DNA of 63,427 nucleotides, filler included, from Chiloscyllium plagiosum (taxonomy: Eukaryota), in assembly GCF_004010195.1 (NCBI RefSeq). It is 5 parts of one record of this genome, joined end to end, with 100 filler letters (N's around TTAATTAATTAA, not from the genome) between each part and the next. Parts side by side here need not be neighbours in the genome. Positions count along the whole stretch, not along the records: positions 1 to 19,687 come from NC_057712.1; 4 more parts are not named here. One strand, 5' to 3'. The notes below the pieces were generated by a model. It had not been told where the DNA came from. It made no database searches and saw nothing but the letters and a program-made list of their open reading frames with translations. Below, piece after piece: positions 1 to 12,114 of the stretch. Numbering within the stretch: position 1 is the stretch's first letter; each line of letters begins with the position of its first letter. The translations under genes were made by a program, and so were the position numbers.

Positions 1-461
1 TAGGCTTCAGCAGTGTAGAGGTCAGTGTGCCAGACTACCACTGTGCCCCCTTTATCTGCTGGCTTGATTGTGAGGTTGGGATTGGAGGAGAGGGATTAGA
101 GAGCTGCGCGTTGTGAGGGTGAGAGGTTGGAGTGGGGGAGTCGACAGGTTGAGGCAGTTAATGTCCCGGCGGCAGTTGGAAATGAAGAGGTCGAGGGCAG
201 GTAATAGGCCAGCACGGGGTGTCCAGGTGGATGGAGTGTGTTGGAGGTGGGCGAAGGTGTCCTCGGAAGGTGGGCGGGAGTCCTGATTGTGAAAGTAAGC
301 TCGGAGGCGGAGACGGCGGAAGAAGTGTTTGACGTCACAGCATGTATTAAATTCATTGATGCATGAGCGGAGGGGGATGAAGGTGAATCCTTTGCTGAGG
401 ACTGATCGTTCGTCCTCAGTGAGGGGGAGGTCTGGAGGGATGGTGAAAACTCGGCAGGGCT
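1..461 (-). mobile_element. Penelope-like element (family A, Neptune-like), N-terminal ORF fragment
   Basis: ORF 52..516(-) reads LTEDERSVLSKGFTFIP...FFRRLRLRAYF...WTP, typical PLE pre-RT region; near-identical to 55500-55868(-). Confidence 0.85.
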
Positions 462-818
462 GGCCCCAGGGCATCAATGTGGACTTCAACAGTTTCCTCA
501 TTTCCCCTTCCCCCACCTCACCCTAGTTCCAAACTTCCAGCTCAGCACTATCCCCATGACTTGTCCTACCTGCCTATCTTCTTTTCCACCTATCCACTCC
601 ACCATCCCTCCCCGACCTATCACCTTCATCCCCTCCCCCACTCACCTATTGTACTATATGCTACTTTCTCCCCACCCCTACCCTCCTCTCACTTATCTCT
701 CCACCCTAAAGGCTCTCTGCCTATATTCCTGATGAAGGGCTTTCGCCCGAAACGTCAATTTTACTGCTCCTCAGATGCTTCCTGAACTGCTGTGCTCTTC
801 CAGCACCATTAATCCAGA
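462..818 (+). mobile_element. Inverted PLE 3' end (pseudo-LTR) joined to the preceding fragment
   Basis: Encodes GIY-YIG C-terminus PQGINVDFNSF, then pyrimidine-rich 3' UTR and hammerhead motif; reverse complement of 39838-40075. Confidence 0.85.
724..761 (+). ncRNA. Minimal type I hammerhead ribozyme motif (PLE family A)
   Basis: CTGATGA 729-735, A, stem II GGGC-TTTC-GCCC, GAAAC 749-753, GTC 754-756; helix I weak. Confidence 0.7.
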
Positions 819-1466
819 ACCGGTGGATAAGATGCTGATCATACAGATTGCTTTATTCTTGGTTCGTGAAATGTTTTATTATTTGGTCATGCTTGTGATT
901 AAGTACATCTTAATTTTGCCTGTGGATTGACTGTCTGGACTCATTTCTGCTGGTGGTTCCTTCAGTCAGTTATTTGACAACACTTTTCCTCAATACAGGA
1001 AAAAGATTTTTTTTCTCCTAGAGATTGCATTGAATCTCCATGCAATGTAGTTATTGCTAACAAGGTCAACATTTATTGAGCATCACTAACTGCCTTTGAA
1101 TTGAGTGACTCCTTTAGCACTACAGAGAAGAATAAGGTTATATTAATGCATTTGGATGGTGCGAGTGGAATTAGAACCAACAAACTGCTAACAGAGGCAA
1201 GAAAGCTACCCACTGAACCACAAGATCTTAACAGGATTACTTCACATTTGTAAGCAGAATCTCATACAATCATACAATCTAATTACCTATTTGAACTGGT
1301 TAACACAAGAGAAAAACAGAGAAAAGCATAAACTTTAAAAAAAAAATTTCATGGGATGTAGACATTCCTGTCAAGGCCTTTATTTGATGCCTGTCCTTAA
1401 CTGCCTTTGAACTGAATGACTTGTTGGCCATCTCATGGGGCTGTTCACAGTCAACCACATTTTTTG

Positions 1467-1710
1467 TTAGAATCCCTACTGTGTGGATGCAGGCCATTCA
1501 CGTTATCGAGTGCATCTCACTCAGACCCACCCTCTTACCTTATCCCTGAAACCCTGCGTTCCTCATTGCTAATCCACCTAACCTGCACATTTTTGGACTG
1601 TGAGAGGAAATGGGAGAACCTGGAGGAAACCCATGCAGACACAGAGAGAATGTGCAAACTCCACAGACAGTTGCCTGAGACTGGAATTAAATCTGGGTCC
1701 CTGGTACTGT
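1467..1710 (-). mobile_element. HE1-type V-SINE, 5' truncated
   Basis: V-domain GGAGGAAACCCATGCAGACACAGAGAGAATGTGCAAACTCCACA plus tail. Confidence 0.85.
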
Positions 1711-1737
1711 AGATTTCGAATCATGTTGGGCACATTG

Positions 1738-2057
1738 ATTAGATTAGATTACTTACAGTGTGGGAACAGGCCCTTCGGCCCAACAAGTCCATACTGACCC
1801 GCCGAAGCGTAACCCACCCAGACCAATTCTCCTACATTTACCCCTTCACCTAACACTACAGGCAATTTAGCATGGCCAATTCACTTAACCTGCACATTTT
1901 TGGATTGTGGGAGGAAACCGGAGCACCCGGAGGAAACCCACGCAGACACGGGGAGAATGTGCAAACTCCACACAGAGAGTCGCCTGAGGCAGGAATTGAA
2001 CCCAGGTCTCTGGCGCTGTGAGGCAGCAGTGCTAATCACTGTGCCACTGTGCCGCCC
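1738..2057 (-). mobile_element. HE1-type V-SINE, full length
   Basis: tRNA-like head with A/B boxes, V-domain, CR1-derived tail, (TCTAA)n end; TSD ACATTG 1732-1737/2058-2063. Confidence 0.92.
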
Positions 2058-2339
2058 ACATTGGGGAAGGACGGCAAATTTCCTTCCCTAAAGGGCACTT
2101 GTAGAACCACATGGATTTTACAATAATTGATTATGGATATTTGGTCAGGTCACCATTAATGAAACTAGCTTTCAATTCCATTTTTAAATCATTATTTACA
2201 TTTATTTAAATTCAATTAGCTGCCATTATGAAGGTTGAACCTGCACCCCAAGGTCATTACATATCTTCGCATTTTGAGCCCCATGATATTATCATAATGT
2301 CACTATCCCACCATTGGACCTTCCAAGAACACTTTTCAT

Positions 2340-2605
2340 TCCATACTGATGGTGGAATTTGGATTCAATAAAAATCTGGAATTAAGAACCTGATGATGGC
2401 CGTGAATTCATTGTTAATTGTTGGAAAAACCCATCTTGTTCACCAGTGTCCTTTACTTTAAGAGAAACTGCTATTCTTTACTTGATCTGGCCTGCATGTG
2501 ATTCAAACCCATAGCAAAGTGCTTGACTCTTAACTGCCTTCTGTGCAATTATGGATAGAAAATAAATGCTGGCCTAGTCTTCATCCTGGGAATGAATATA
2601 ACACA
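2340..2605 (+). mobile_element. tRNA-derived SINE (second family)
   Basis: Core AAAACCCATCTTGTTCACCAGTGTCCTTT...TGGCCTGCATGTGA; tail ATAAATGCTGGCCTAG shared with the LINE ending near 22697. Confidence 0.6.
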
Positions 2606-3391
2606 AAATAAGGTTATTTAGTACTTTGACTGTATTTGTCCTGTACAGCCGAAAAAGAAACCTCTGTCTGGACAATGCTGTCTGTTCCACGTTTTACTGT
2701 TTTTATTTAAAACCATTTTCTCTTCACCCATCCAAACTGTACTTGCTGACCTGCACAGACTCTTGGGTCTGTTGTGTTACGACTCTCATGTAAAATGTCA
2801 AAATTACTGAAGAGCCATGCACCTAATACAATTGCTGAATCAAGGCATACGATTCAATGGTATAGAGATTGCAGACTTCATCTCAATCAGGCTGCTTGAT
2901 GTGTGACATATTCATGGAACAATGCATCTCTATGTAACCAAAAAACTTGCTGCTAGCCCAGATACTGAAGTGCCTGTGATTGCAATCTTTCTACATATTT
3001 GTGAGCTTTAATGCATGTGTCATGGGTCTTCTCATTCCATAGTATCCTTCTCCTAGTTTCTTATGTTATGAGATATAACATGAGCATCACCTCATCAGGG
3101 TAAAGATACGCATCTGGAGACAAAATTCGTATCAGCTTGAGGAAGATTTAATTTAAAATTGGAGTTTAGACCAAGCAGTGACAGCAGCAGCAACAGAATG
3201 ATGAATAGCGAACCTGGGGGTGAACACTAGCAGCAGGATAAATACCTGAGGAGCAGGCTCAGTCAGAATGAACATGGATCTGAATCTAAAGGTAGAGCTC
3301 TGGAGATGATTCAGCAAATCCAAAAATGACATAGACTTGGTTGCTCAGGTAGCAGGTTTGCAGACTGAATGAGTAGCTCCTGGAGAGAGAG

Positions 3392-3692
3392 AGATTAGGT
3401 TAGATTCCACAGTGTGGAAACAGGCCCTTCAGCCCAACAAGCCCATACCGACCCTCCGAAGAGTAACCCACCCAGACCCATTTCCCTCTGACTAATGCAT
3501 CTAGCAGTATGGGCAATTTAGCATGGCCACTTCACCTGGCCTGCAGGAGGAAACCGGAGGACCCAGCGGAAACCCACACAGACACGGGGAGAATGTGCAA
3601 ACTCCACACAGACGGTCACCCGAGATGGGAATCAAACCCGGGTCCCTGGTGCTGTGAGGCAGCAGTGCTAGCCACTGAGCCACTGTGTCACC
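3392..3692 (-). mobile_element. HE1-type V-SINE
   Basis: Head, V-domain and tail similar to 1738-2057, with internal deletion. Confidence 0.88.
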
Positions 3693-4383
3693 TGCAATGA
3701 AGTATTTACTTTTCATAGTTGTTGTCTGCTACGAATAGAGCATGGGAGTGAGTGACCTGATTTTAATGACTAGTGGGTAAGGTTGTTTAATCAGTTCCTG
3801 GATTATTGACTGTCATTGATAAGGTTGCTTTATAATGATTTATAATGGCATAAGAACTTGGCTCTGTGGCATGCTCCACTTGTAATATGTGGGCAATCAG
3901 GGACACTTCCATTATCCATGGTGACTACGTATGCCCGAAGTATGTTCATCAGCAGCTCCTGATTTGCTGCATGGAGCGCCAGGAGTTGCGGATGGATTCA
4001 CTATGGAGTGTCCATGAGGCTGAGAATACTGTAGATAGCATGCTTAGTGAGCTGGTCACACATCAGTAAGGTCTACACAGACAGAAAAGAGTTGGGTGAC
4101 CACCAGGAAGACAAGTAAGCATGGGCAGGCAGTATCGGAGCCATCGTGGTCATTCCCCTCTCAAACAGGTGTGCCATTTTAGATACTGTTGGGGCCAGTG
4201 TGGCCTCTCAGGGGAAAGCAGCAGCAGCAGCAGTAGCAGCCAAGTCAGTACCACTAGAACTGGCACTTCTATACAGCAGGGGTGTTAAAGTGTAGGCTTT
4301 TAGCAGTGATAGGGAACTCAGGAGCACAGATAGACATTTCTGCAGTCACAAATGAGATTCCAGGATGGTGTGTTGCCTCCCTG

Positions 4384-4624
4384 TTTGACAGGGAAGGTGT
4401 TGAGTACCTCAAGATCATTTGTTGGGAAAAAGCAGAAGCTAGGTGAAAATAATATAAGGGGCACACTGCTCCACCAATACCCCACTCACCTGTTCCTGTG
4501 ACAACCTTCTGCCTGAAGTGTAACAGAGTTGCAGAAGTTGCATCGGCCACCCTGTGGATTCACCCTGAGAATGGAAGAGAGTTATTGTTGTCTGCGAGGG
4601 ATGGCTGATGATGATGATGATGAT
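4384..4624 (+). mobile_element. 5'-truncated RTE-like LINE 3' end with (GAT)n tail, inserted in CR1 ORF1
   Basis: Flanking TSD 4364-4383/4625-4643; decayed C-terminal Zn-finger CLKCNRV/CRSCIG; ends in (GAT)n. Confidence 0.65.
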
Positions 4625-5596
4625 GATGGTGTTTACCTCCCTGATGCCAGGGTCGCTGAGTGGGCTCAAGATATTGTGAAGGGGGAGGGTCAGTGGCCAG
4701 AGGTTGTGGTCTATATTGGTACCAATGGCATAGGCAAGAAGAGGCATGAGGTCCAGCAAAAGGAGTTCAGATAGTTAGGTATGAAGTTGAAAAGCAGGCC
4801 CTCTAGGGTTCTAATCTTGGGATTACTTCCTGTGCCAGGTGCCAGTGAGGCTAGGAATAGGAAGATAGTACAGTTAAATATGAGGCTACAGAGATGATAC
4901 AGGAGAGAATACTTCAAGTATGTGGATCATGGCAATGTCCTCCCGGGCAAAAGATGACAGGTTGGACTTAAACTGGTGCTAGTGGGAGGGTTTAAAACTA
5001 ATGTGTTTGTGATAGTGGTTGAGGGGAGAGACCAGTGCAGTAGTTTGGCAGGTAAAATTACCAAGCAGGAGTCAGAAACTAAAGGCCAGTAAAATTAAGA
5101 GGAAAAACGGGCAGGGAGAGGTTACTGCACATGTCAGGACTGGCAGTCTGAGGTGTATCTGTTTTAATGTGAGGAGCATGACAGATATGGCAGACAAACC
5201 TAGAGTTTGGATTAATACATATAGCTATGATCTTGTAGCTATTGCAGAGACTTGGTTGAGAGAGGGACAAGACTGACAGCTTAATGCTCTGGGATTTAAA
5301 TGTTTCAGGAATGATAGAGAGGGATGTAAAAGAGTTGGGGGAGTTGCGTTGCTGATAAGCGAGAATATCACAACTGGGGGAAGGATATGTTGGAGAGCTC
5401 ATCCAGTGAGGTCATATGGGTCGAAAGGTGCAATCTAGTGCCATTAGGATAGGATAGTACCAGCAGCTTCCCAACAGATATATGGTCAGATTATGGAAAA
5501 ATATGAAAATGACAGGGTGATTGAAGTGAGTGATTGACTGGGACTTGTTTAGTGCCAGGGCTTGAATGGGAGAGAATTTGTTAGGTGCCACCATCC

Positions 5597-5880
5597 AGTG
5601 TTTCAGTGGTTGGCGCTGCTGCCTCTCAGGGACCTGAATTCAATTCTACCCTCGGGCGACTGTCTGTGTGGAGTTTGCACATTCTCCCTGTGTGTGCGTG
5701 GGTTTTCTCTGGGTGCTCCAGTTTCCTCCCACAGTCAAGGATGTGCAGGCTCGATATGATTAGCCATGGGAAACACAGGGTTACAGGGGTGACGTTGGTC
5801 TGGCTGGATATTCTTTAGAGGGTTGATGTTGACTCGATGGGCTGAATGGCTCACTTCCACACTTTAGGGATTCTATGATT
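5597..5880 (+). mobile_element. HE1-type V-SINE nested in CR1 ORF2
   Basis: Head, V-domain and tail interrupt the CR1 endonuclease region. Confidence 0.85.
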
Positions 5881-8051
5881 GTATGATGTGTGTCCAGGAC
5901 AGTTTTTGAAACAATATGTGAAAGGCACCATCACTATACTTGGCAATGGGGAAATAAGCTTGGTCAGGTGATCAAAGTTTCAGTGGGGAAACATTTCAGG
6001 AGCAGTGAGCACAATTCTGTAAGTTTTAAGTTACTTGTGGATAAAGATAAGAGTAGTTCTCAGGCGAAAGTGTTAAAGTGGGGAAGGCTAACTACAATAA
6101 TATCAGGCAGGACCTGGGGAATGTAGATTGGTTTAGCTGTTTGATGGTAAATCCGTATCTGGCATGTTGGAACCATTAAAAGGCCAGTTGATTAGAGTTT
6201 AGGACCTGCATGTTCCTATGAAAATGAAAGATAAGGATGGCAAGATTTGGGAAACTTGGATGACAAAAGAAATTACGACCTTAGTCAAAAAGAAAAAGGT
6301 TTAGGAAACTGAAGACAGACAGAGTCCTCGAAGAATACAAAGACAGCAGTAAAGAACTCAAATAAGGAATTAGGAGGAATAAAAGGTTCCATGTAATGCT
6401 TTTGGCAAACAGGATTAAGGAAATTCCCAAGGCATTTTATAAATATATATGGAACAAGAGGATAGCTGGGGAAAGGGTAGGTTGACTCAAGTACAATGGC
6501 AGGAACTTATGCATTGAGCTGGTGGAAATGGGTGAAGTCATTAATGGTTGGTATTCACAAAGGAGAAGAACATAGTGAGTTCAGGAGGGATATGTTGATA
6601 TTCTGGGACATGTCAATGTGAAAAAACAGGTGGTATTGGGTGTTTTTAAATGCCATCTGGATCTATCCCAGAATGCTATGGAAGGCAGGTGAGGAAATTG
6701 CTGGGGTCTTGTACAAGATTATTGTATTGTCTTGGAAAATAGCTGATGTTGTTCCTTTGTTTTTGAAGGTCTGGGATAATCTGACAAATTACAGGCTGGC
6801 GAGTCTTACATCAGAGGAAGAGTAATTATTGGAGAAAAATTTTAAGGATAGGATTTAGTCACATTACAGAAAATATGGATTAATTAGCGAAAGGCAGCAT
6901 GGCTTTGTGCTAGGAATGTTGGGTCTCACAAACTAGATTAAGTTTTTTGAGGAAGTGAGAAAGGTGATTGATGAAGGCAGGGCTGTATATGTAGTCTATA
7001 TGGACTTTATTAAGGCCTTTGACAAGGTCTTTCATGGCAGGCTGATACAAATGTGAAGTCACATGGGATTTGCTGTGAGCAGGTAAACTGGATATAGACC
7101 TGGTTCAGAAGAGAGAAAGTAGCAGTGGAAGGGTATTTTTATGACTGGGGATCTGTGACCAGTGGTCACAGAGGTCAGTGCTGGCATCCCTATTGTTTGT
7201 AATATATATAAATGATTTAGAGGAGAATGTAGATGGTCTGATTAGTAGCTTTGCCGACAACACAAAGACTAGAGAATTTATGGATGAAGAAGATTTCCAG
7301 AGGATAGAGCAGCACAAAGATGGGTTGGAGACTTGGACAGAGAAATAGCAGATGGAGTTTAATCTGGATAAATGTGAAGTCTTGTCTTTTGGGAATTCTA
7401 ATGTAGGGTGGGGTGAGGATGGGGAGGATGTAGACAGTGAATTGGCAGAAACCTCAGTAGTATCAACACACAGAGGAATCTAGGTATACAGGTCCACTGT
7501 TTTCTCAAAGCGGCAACTCAAGTGGATAAGGTGGCCAAGGAGGCATATAATATGTTTGGTTTCATTGGTTCAGGGCATAGAGTATAAAAATTGGCAAGTC
7601 ATGTCGCAGCTATATAGAATGTTAGTTAGACCACAATTGCAATATTATGTACGGTTCAGCCACCACACTACAATAAGGATACGGAGGCTTTGGACAGGGT
7701 ACAGAAACAGTTAACCAGGATGTTGCCTGTTTTGAAGGGTACTAACTATGAGCAGAGATTGGTCAAACTTTGGTTGTTTTCACTAGAATGTCTAAGGATG
7801 AGGGGAGACATGACAGACTTTACAAAATTATGAGCTGCATGGATAGAATAATAAATGTCTTTTTTCCACAGTAGAAATATCAATTATTAAGGGACATCGG
7901 CTTAAGGTAAAAAGGGATAAGTTTAAAGGAAATGTGAGAGACAAACTTTTTTTAACATAGAGGGTGGTAAGTGCCTGGAATGCAGTAGAGATGGTGGAGG
8001 AGGATAGAATTACAACATGTAAGAGGCATCTTGACAGGTAAATGAATCAGA

Positions 8052-8211
8052 CAAAGTGTGGATTGCAGATGCTGGACATCAGAGTCGAGAGTGTGTTGCT
8101 GGAAAAGCACAGTAGGTCAGGCAGCATCCGAGGAGCAGGAGAATCGACATTTTGGGCATAAGCCCTTCATCAGGAATGACCTACTGTGCTTTTCCAGCAA
8201 TACGATCTCGA
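8052..8211 (-). mobile_element. PLE-derived fold-back mini-element with degenerate hammerhead, inserted in CR1 3' end
   Basis: Matches 54274-54405; ~35 bp inverted arms 8084-8119 and 8177-8211; GAAAC mutated to AAAAT. Confidence 0.75.
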
Positions 8212-9739
8212 GGTAAGCTTTTAGCTTAGATAGGCATCATATATTGGTGCACTCATGGCTGGGCCGAAGGGCCTGTTCCTGTGCTGTACTGTTCTTTGTT
8301 CTTTATTCTTATCCTTGTTTTTAACCTTCCCACAGCTTCAAGCCTCCACCAACCCGACAAACCTTCATGATTCCTTTGTGACTTCAATTCTGACTTCATA
8401 GAAACATATGAACGAGGAGCAGGGCCATTTTGGCGCTTTGAGCCATTCAACATGATCATCACCAATCATCTATTGACGTGGCATATTCCCGCTTTCGTCC
8501 CATACCCTTTGATGCCTTTTAAACTGAAAAAATCTTCCTTAAATATAATCAGTGACTTCACCTCCACTGCCTTTTACAGTAGAAATATCATTGGTTCACT
8601 ACACTTTGAGTGAAGAAATTTTCCTCATCTTGGTCCTAAATGCTCTACTCCCTCGTATCCTATTGTTGCTCCATGTATTTCTGATTGCCAGTGCAGCATC
8701 ATTGTCAGCCTTGCCTTCAACTGCCTAGATTCCAAATTCTAGAATTCCTTCCAAAAACTGCTCTTATCCCTCCATTTTTTGATCATGATTAAGATTCTCC
8801 TATGTGGAAATGCTGTCTTACAATCTTGTAAAATCTTCTATTATTTATTGCATGTTTCAGAAATCTTACGCAGGAAGCTACCACCCTACCAGTTTAACGG
8901 CTGAAGAAAACAGGACAGAACTGTTATTCTAGTGCCAGCACTGACCATCCTTGATAAGGTTGGATCTCAAGACCCAGATGGAAACCAATTGTCTGAGTAA
9001 AAAGATCAAAGCAGGCTTGCAAGAGGGAGAGAGAAAAAAAAAACACTTCAGAGAGGAAAGAGAGATTTTTGAAGTTATCTATGTTGGCTGCAGGGCTCAC
9101 TTGGAAATAATTTCCTCCATCCATCCCACTGCATCTATCACCTTCCTGAACATTAGTGTGAAGGAGTACTAAAGAGAAGGTGGCTAACAGAACAGACAAG
9201 TGCAATTTGTTCAGGGGAAGTCATATAGTTGCAATATTTTGAAGGGAGTATCTTCAAACTTCAGTAACTCTTTAAATTCATGTCCTGATCCACTGAACAA
9301 ACTACAGTATGAACCTCAACAATGAAATGCTTTCCTTGGTATCTGCCAGTAACATTGTTACAGTTCCCTGTGTACTTTTCCAGTTTCTGTGTCTTGCTAA
9401 TGACATAATTTTAGCTACTGTATTAGCTTGAAATTAATTTACCCTGTTAGCTGAACAAACAGGACTGGAATATTTCAAACAATATGACATTTTTAATGTA
9501 GGTTTAATGGTTTAACACTATGCTATTAGAGCAATTATGCAGAGCTTATGATGGAGAGGGTCAGGGTGAACTGCTGTGTATTAAGACGCTGAAAAGTATA
9601 ATGTACATAACCAAGTCCCAGCCACCCAGGCAAAATGGGTTAGGGGTTACGTGTTTATCTCATGTACTTGAAACAAAGTCTTACATTTAGTTTGACAACA
9701 AATTGAGTTATTATTGGCAACAACAAGGTATACGGACGG

Positions 9740-10214
9740 TTTAGGAGCTTGAGGCAGTGTGGAACAGGGCTGTCAGGAGACAGACACGTGTTGCAACTGA
9801 CAGGGTACACTTCGTTGTTCAGTACTTCCCAGGGGCTGAAAAATTACGCCATGTTCTTCGTGACCTGCAACACATTATCAATAAGGATGAGCACCTCACC
9901 AAGACCTTCCCCACACCTCCACTACTTGCCTTTAAACAACCGCCAAACCTCAAACAGATCATTGTTCGTAGCAAATTGCCCGGCTCTCAGGACAACTCCA
10001 TACAACCCTGTCACAGTGGACACTGCAAAACGTGTCAGATTGTGGACATAGATACCATTAGTACGCATGGGAACACCTCCCACCGTGTACATGGCAGGTA
10101 CTCATGTGACTCAGCCAACATTGTCTATCTTATACGTTGCAGGCAGGGATGCCCGGAGGCATGGTACATTGGGAAAACCGAGCAAAGGCTACAACAACGG
10201 ATGAATGGGCACCN
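9740..10214 (+). mobile_element. Penelope-like element (family B, Neptune-like): Zn-finger linker + GIY-YIG endonuclease
   Basis: ORF 9757: PPLLAFKQPPNLKQIIVRS...PCHSGHCKTC...IVYLIRC...WYIGKTEQRLQQRMNGH; ends at assembly gap. Confidence 0.9.
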
Positions 10215-10393
10215 NNNNNNNNNNNNNNNNNNNNNNNNNNNNNNNNNNNNNNNNNNNNNNNNNNNNNNNNNNNNNNNNNNNNNNNNNNNNNNNNNNNNNN
10301 NNNNNNNNNNNNNNNNNNGGTGTTGGACTGGGGTGTACAAAGTTAAAAATCACACAACACCAGGTTATAGTCCAACAGGTTTAATTGGAAGCA

Positions 10394-10429
10394 TACTAGC
10401 TTTCGGAGCGACGCTCCTTCATCAGGGTG
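10394..10429 (-). ncRNA. Minimal hammerhead motif (PLE family B), left-arm copy
   Basis: Reverse complement CACC-CTGATGA-A-GGAGC-GTC-GCTCC-GAAA-GCTA-GTA; helix I perturbed relative to the right-arm copy. Confidence 0.6.
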
Positions 10430-10870
10430 ATTGTGGAGGGCTCGATCGTAACACAGAATTTATAGCAAAAATTTGCATTGTGATGTAACTGAAATTATAC
10501 ATTGAAGAATTGATTGTCTGTTAAGCCTTTCATCTTTTAGAATACAGTGATAGTTTCACTTCTTTCATGTGTTAATCACAAAACCCTTTTTTTTAAAGTT
10601 GCATTCTCGGGTTAGCTGTTAACAATGGTGATAGCTAGATAATATGTTGAACTATCTTATACGTATTGTCTAGCTATCACCATTGTTAACAGCTAATGCA
10701 ACTTTAAAAAAAAGGGTTTTGTGATTTACACATGAAAGAAGTGAAACTATCACTGTATTCTAACAGATGGAAGGCTTAACAGACAATCAATTCTTCAATG
10801 TATAATTTCAGTTACATCACACTGCAAATTTTTGCTATAAATTCTGTGTTACGATCGAGCCCTCCACAAT

Positions 10871-10905
10871 CACCTGATGAAGGAGCGTCGCTCCGAAAGC
10901 TAGTG
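10871..10905 (+). ncRNA. Minimal type I hammerhead ribozyme motif (PLE family B)
   Basis: CAC-CTGATGA-A-GGAGC-GTC-GCTCC-GAAA-GCTA-GTG: helix I CAC/GUG, 5 bp stem II, AGCU palindrome, CUA triplet. Confidence 0.75.
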
Positions 10906-11797
10906 TGCTTCCAATTAAACCTGTTGGACTATAACCTGGTGTTGTGTGATTTTTAACTTGTACACCCCAGTCCAACACCGGCATCTCCGAATCATGATAT
11001 ATTTCCAAGTCAAGATACTGAGTGGCTTGGAGAGAACTTGCAGATGGTGGTGTTCCCATGTATCTGTCCTATTAATCACAGAACTAAGTACGAGAATCCA
11101 GACAAGGTAATTATTAGAAAAACTATGATTATTAGAAAAACTTTCGCGGCCACTTATTTGGAGTTGGTAGGGAATGTTTTGTTATGCTGCAGCAACCATC
11201 ATGATTGTTGGGTAGGCTTGGTGGGCCAACTGGGCTTTCTCTGACCAATGTTTTCAGATGCTTATACATTAAATCATCCAGTTATTTCAATTACATTTGT
11301 CATGACAGAGTTTTGAACTCTTGACCTGAGTGGCTAGCTCATTGAGTGCACAATTCTGAATAATTTTGAAGTGATATTCTGAAACATAAGTCAAAACAAG
11401 AATTAGGTTAAAAAGAAAAAGACAAGAGTACTGCATTGGGCATTGATTGGACCAAATCACTGAAAATAAAGAGCTTTAACTGTCCTAAAACTGTGAAGCT
11501 AAGCTATAACAAGTTGATTTCTTAAGGAATGAGGGTTTTTTTAAAATACAACTCATTATCAGGGTTTTCAATTGATCATTTGTAAGTCTAAGAAGGCAAC
11601 AAAGTCAATGAAAATTAATGTAATTTCCATCAATGAAACCAGTAGCTATTAAGTCATATGTAATAAACCTATTTACTGTTATCAAGATTCAGCCGGCCTC
11701 TGCCGAGTATATTGTGAATGTCCTTTCCGAAATGGTATTAGTCACTTGACTGGTACCAAAAAGAAAGACTGGTGGCAGGGAATCCCAGATCATATCT

Positions 11798-12114
11798 GGG
11801 GCAACATGGTGGCTCAGTGGTTAGCACTGCTGCCTCACAGCGCCTGGGACCCAGGTTTGATTCCAGCCTCGGGTGACTGTCTGTGTGGAGTTTGCACATC
11901 CTCCCCGTTTCTGCTGGGGTTTTCGCTGAGTGCTCCGGTTTCCTCCCACAATCCAAAAAATGTGCAGGTTCGGTGAATTGACCATGATAAATTGCCCATA
12001 GTGTGAGATGCATTAGTCAGAGGGAATTGGGCCTGGGTGGGTTACTCTTCAGAGGGTCGGTGTGGACTTATTGGGTCGAAGGGTCTGTTTCCACACTGTA
12101 AGGAATCTAATCTA
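11798..12114 (+). mobile_element. HE1-type V-SINE, full length
   Basis: Head, V-domain, tail; TSD ATCATATC 11789-11796/12115-12122. Confidence 0.92.

Larger units (their letters stand above)
1345..2310 (-). mobile_element. Old tRNA-derived SINE (second family) split by two nested HE1 insertions
   Basis: Pieces 1345-1465, 1711-1737 and 2058-2310 join into the reverse complement of the SINE at 2340-2605. Confidence 0.6.
3860..8304 (+). mobile_element. Near full-length decayed CR1 (HER1-like) LINE: ORF1 (Zn motif + SGNH esterase), ORF2 (APE endonuclease + RT), 3' tail
   Basis: CSTCNMW...YVCPKY (3866), PEVVVYIGTNGIGK (esterase), LRCICFNVRS...YDLVAIAETWL (APE), NYRLASLTS and DFIKAFDKV-like RT motifs, tail GGGCCGAAGGGCCTGTTCCTGTGCTGTAC; many stops and frameshifts. 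Confidence 0.9.
10319..10979. repeat. Long inverted repeat of two PLE family B pseudo-LTRs
   Basis: Arms 10319-10647 and 10661-10979 are reverse complements with few differences; 13 nt spacer. Confidence 0.95.

Noticed and set aside
52..516. 154 aa ORF as a standalone gene
   Set aside because: Its start comes from the antisense of the inverted pseudo-LTR; chimeric PLE junction
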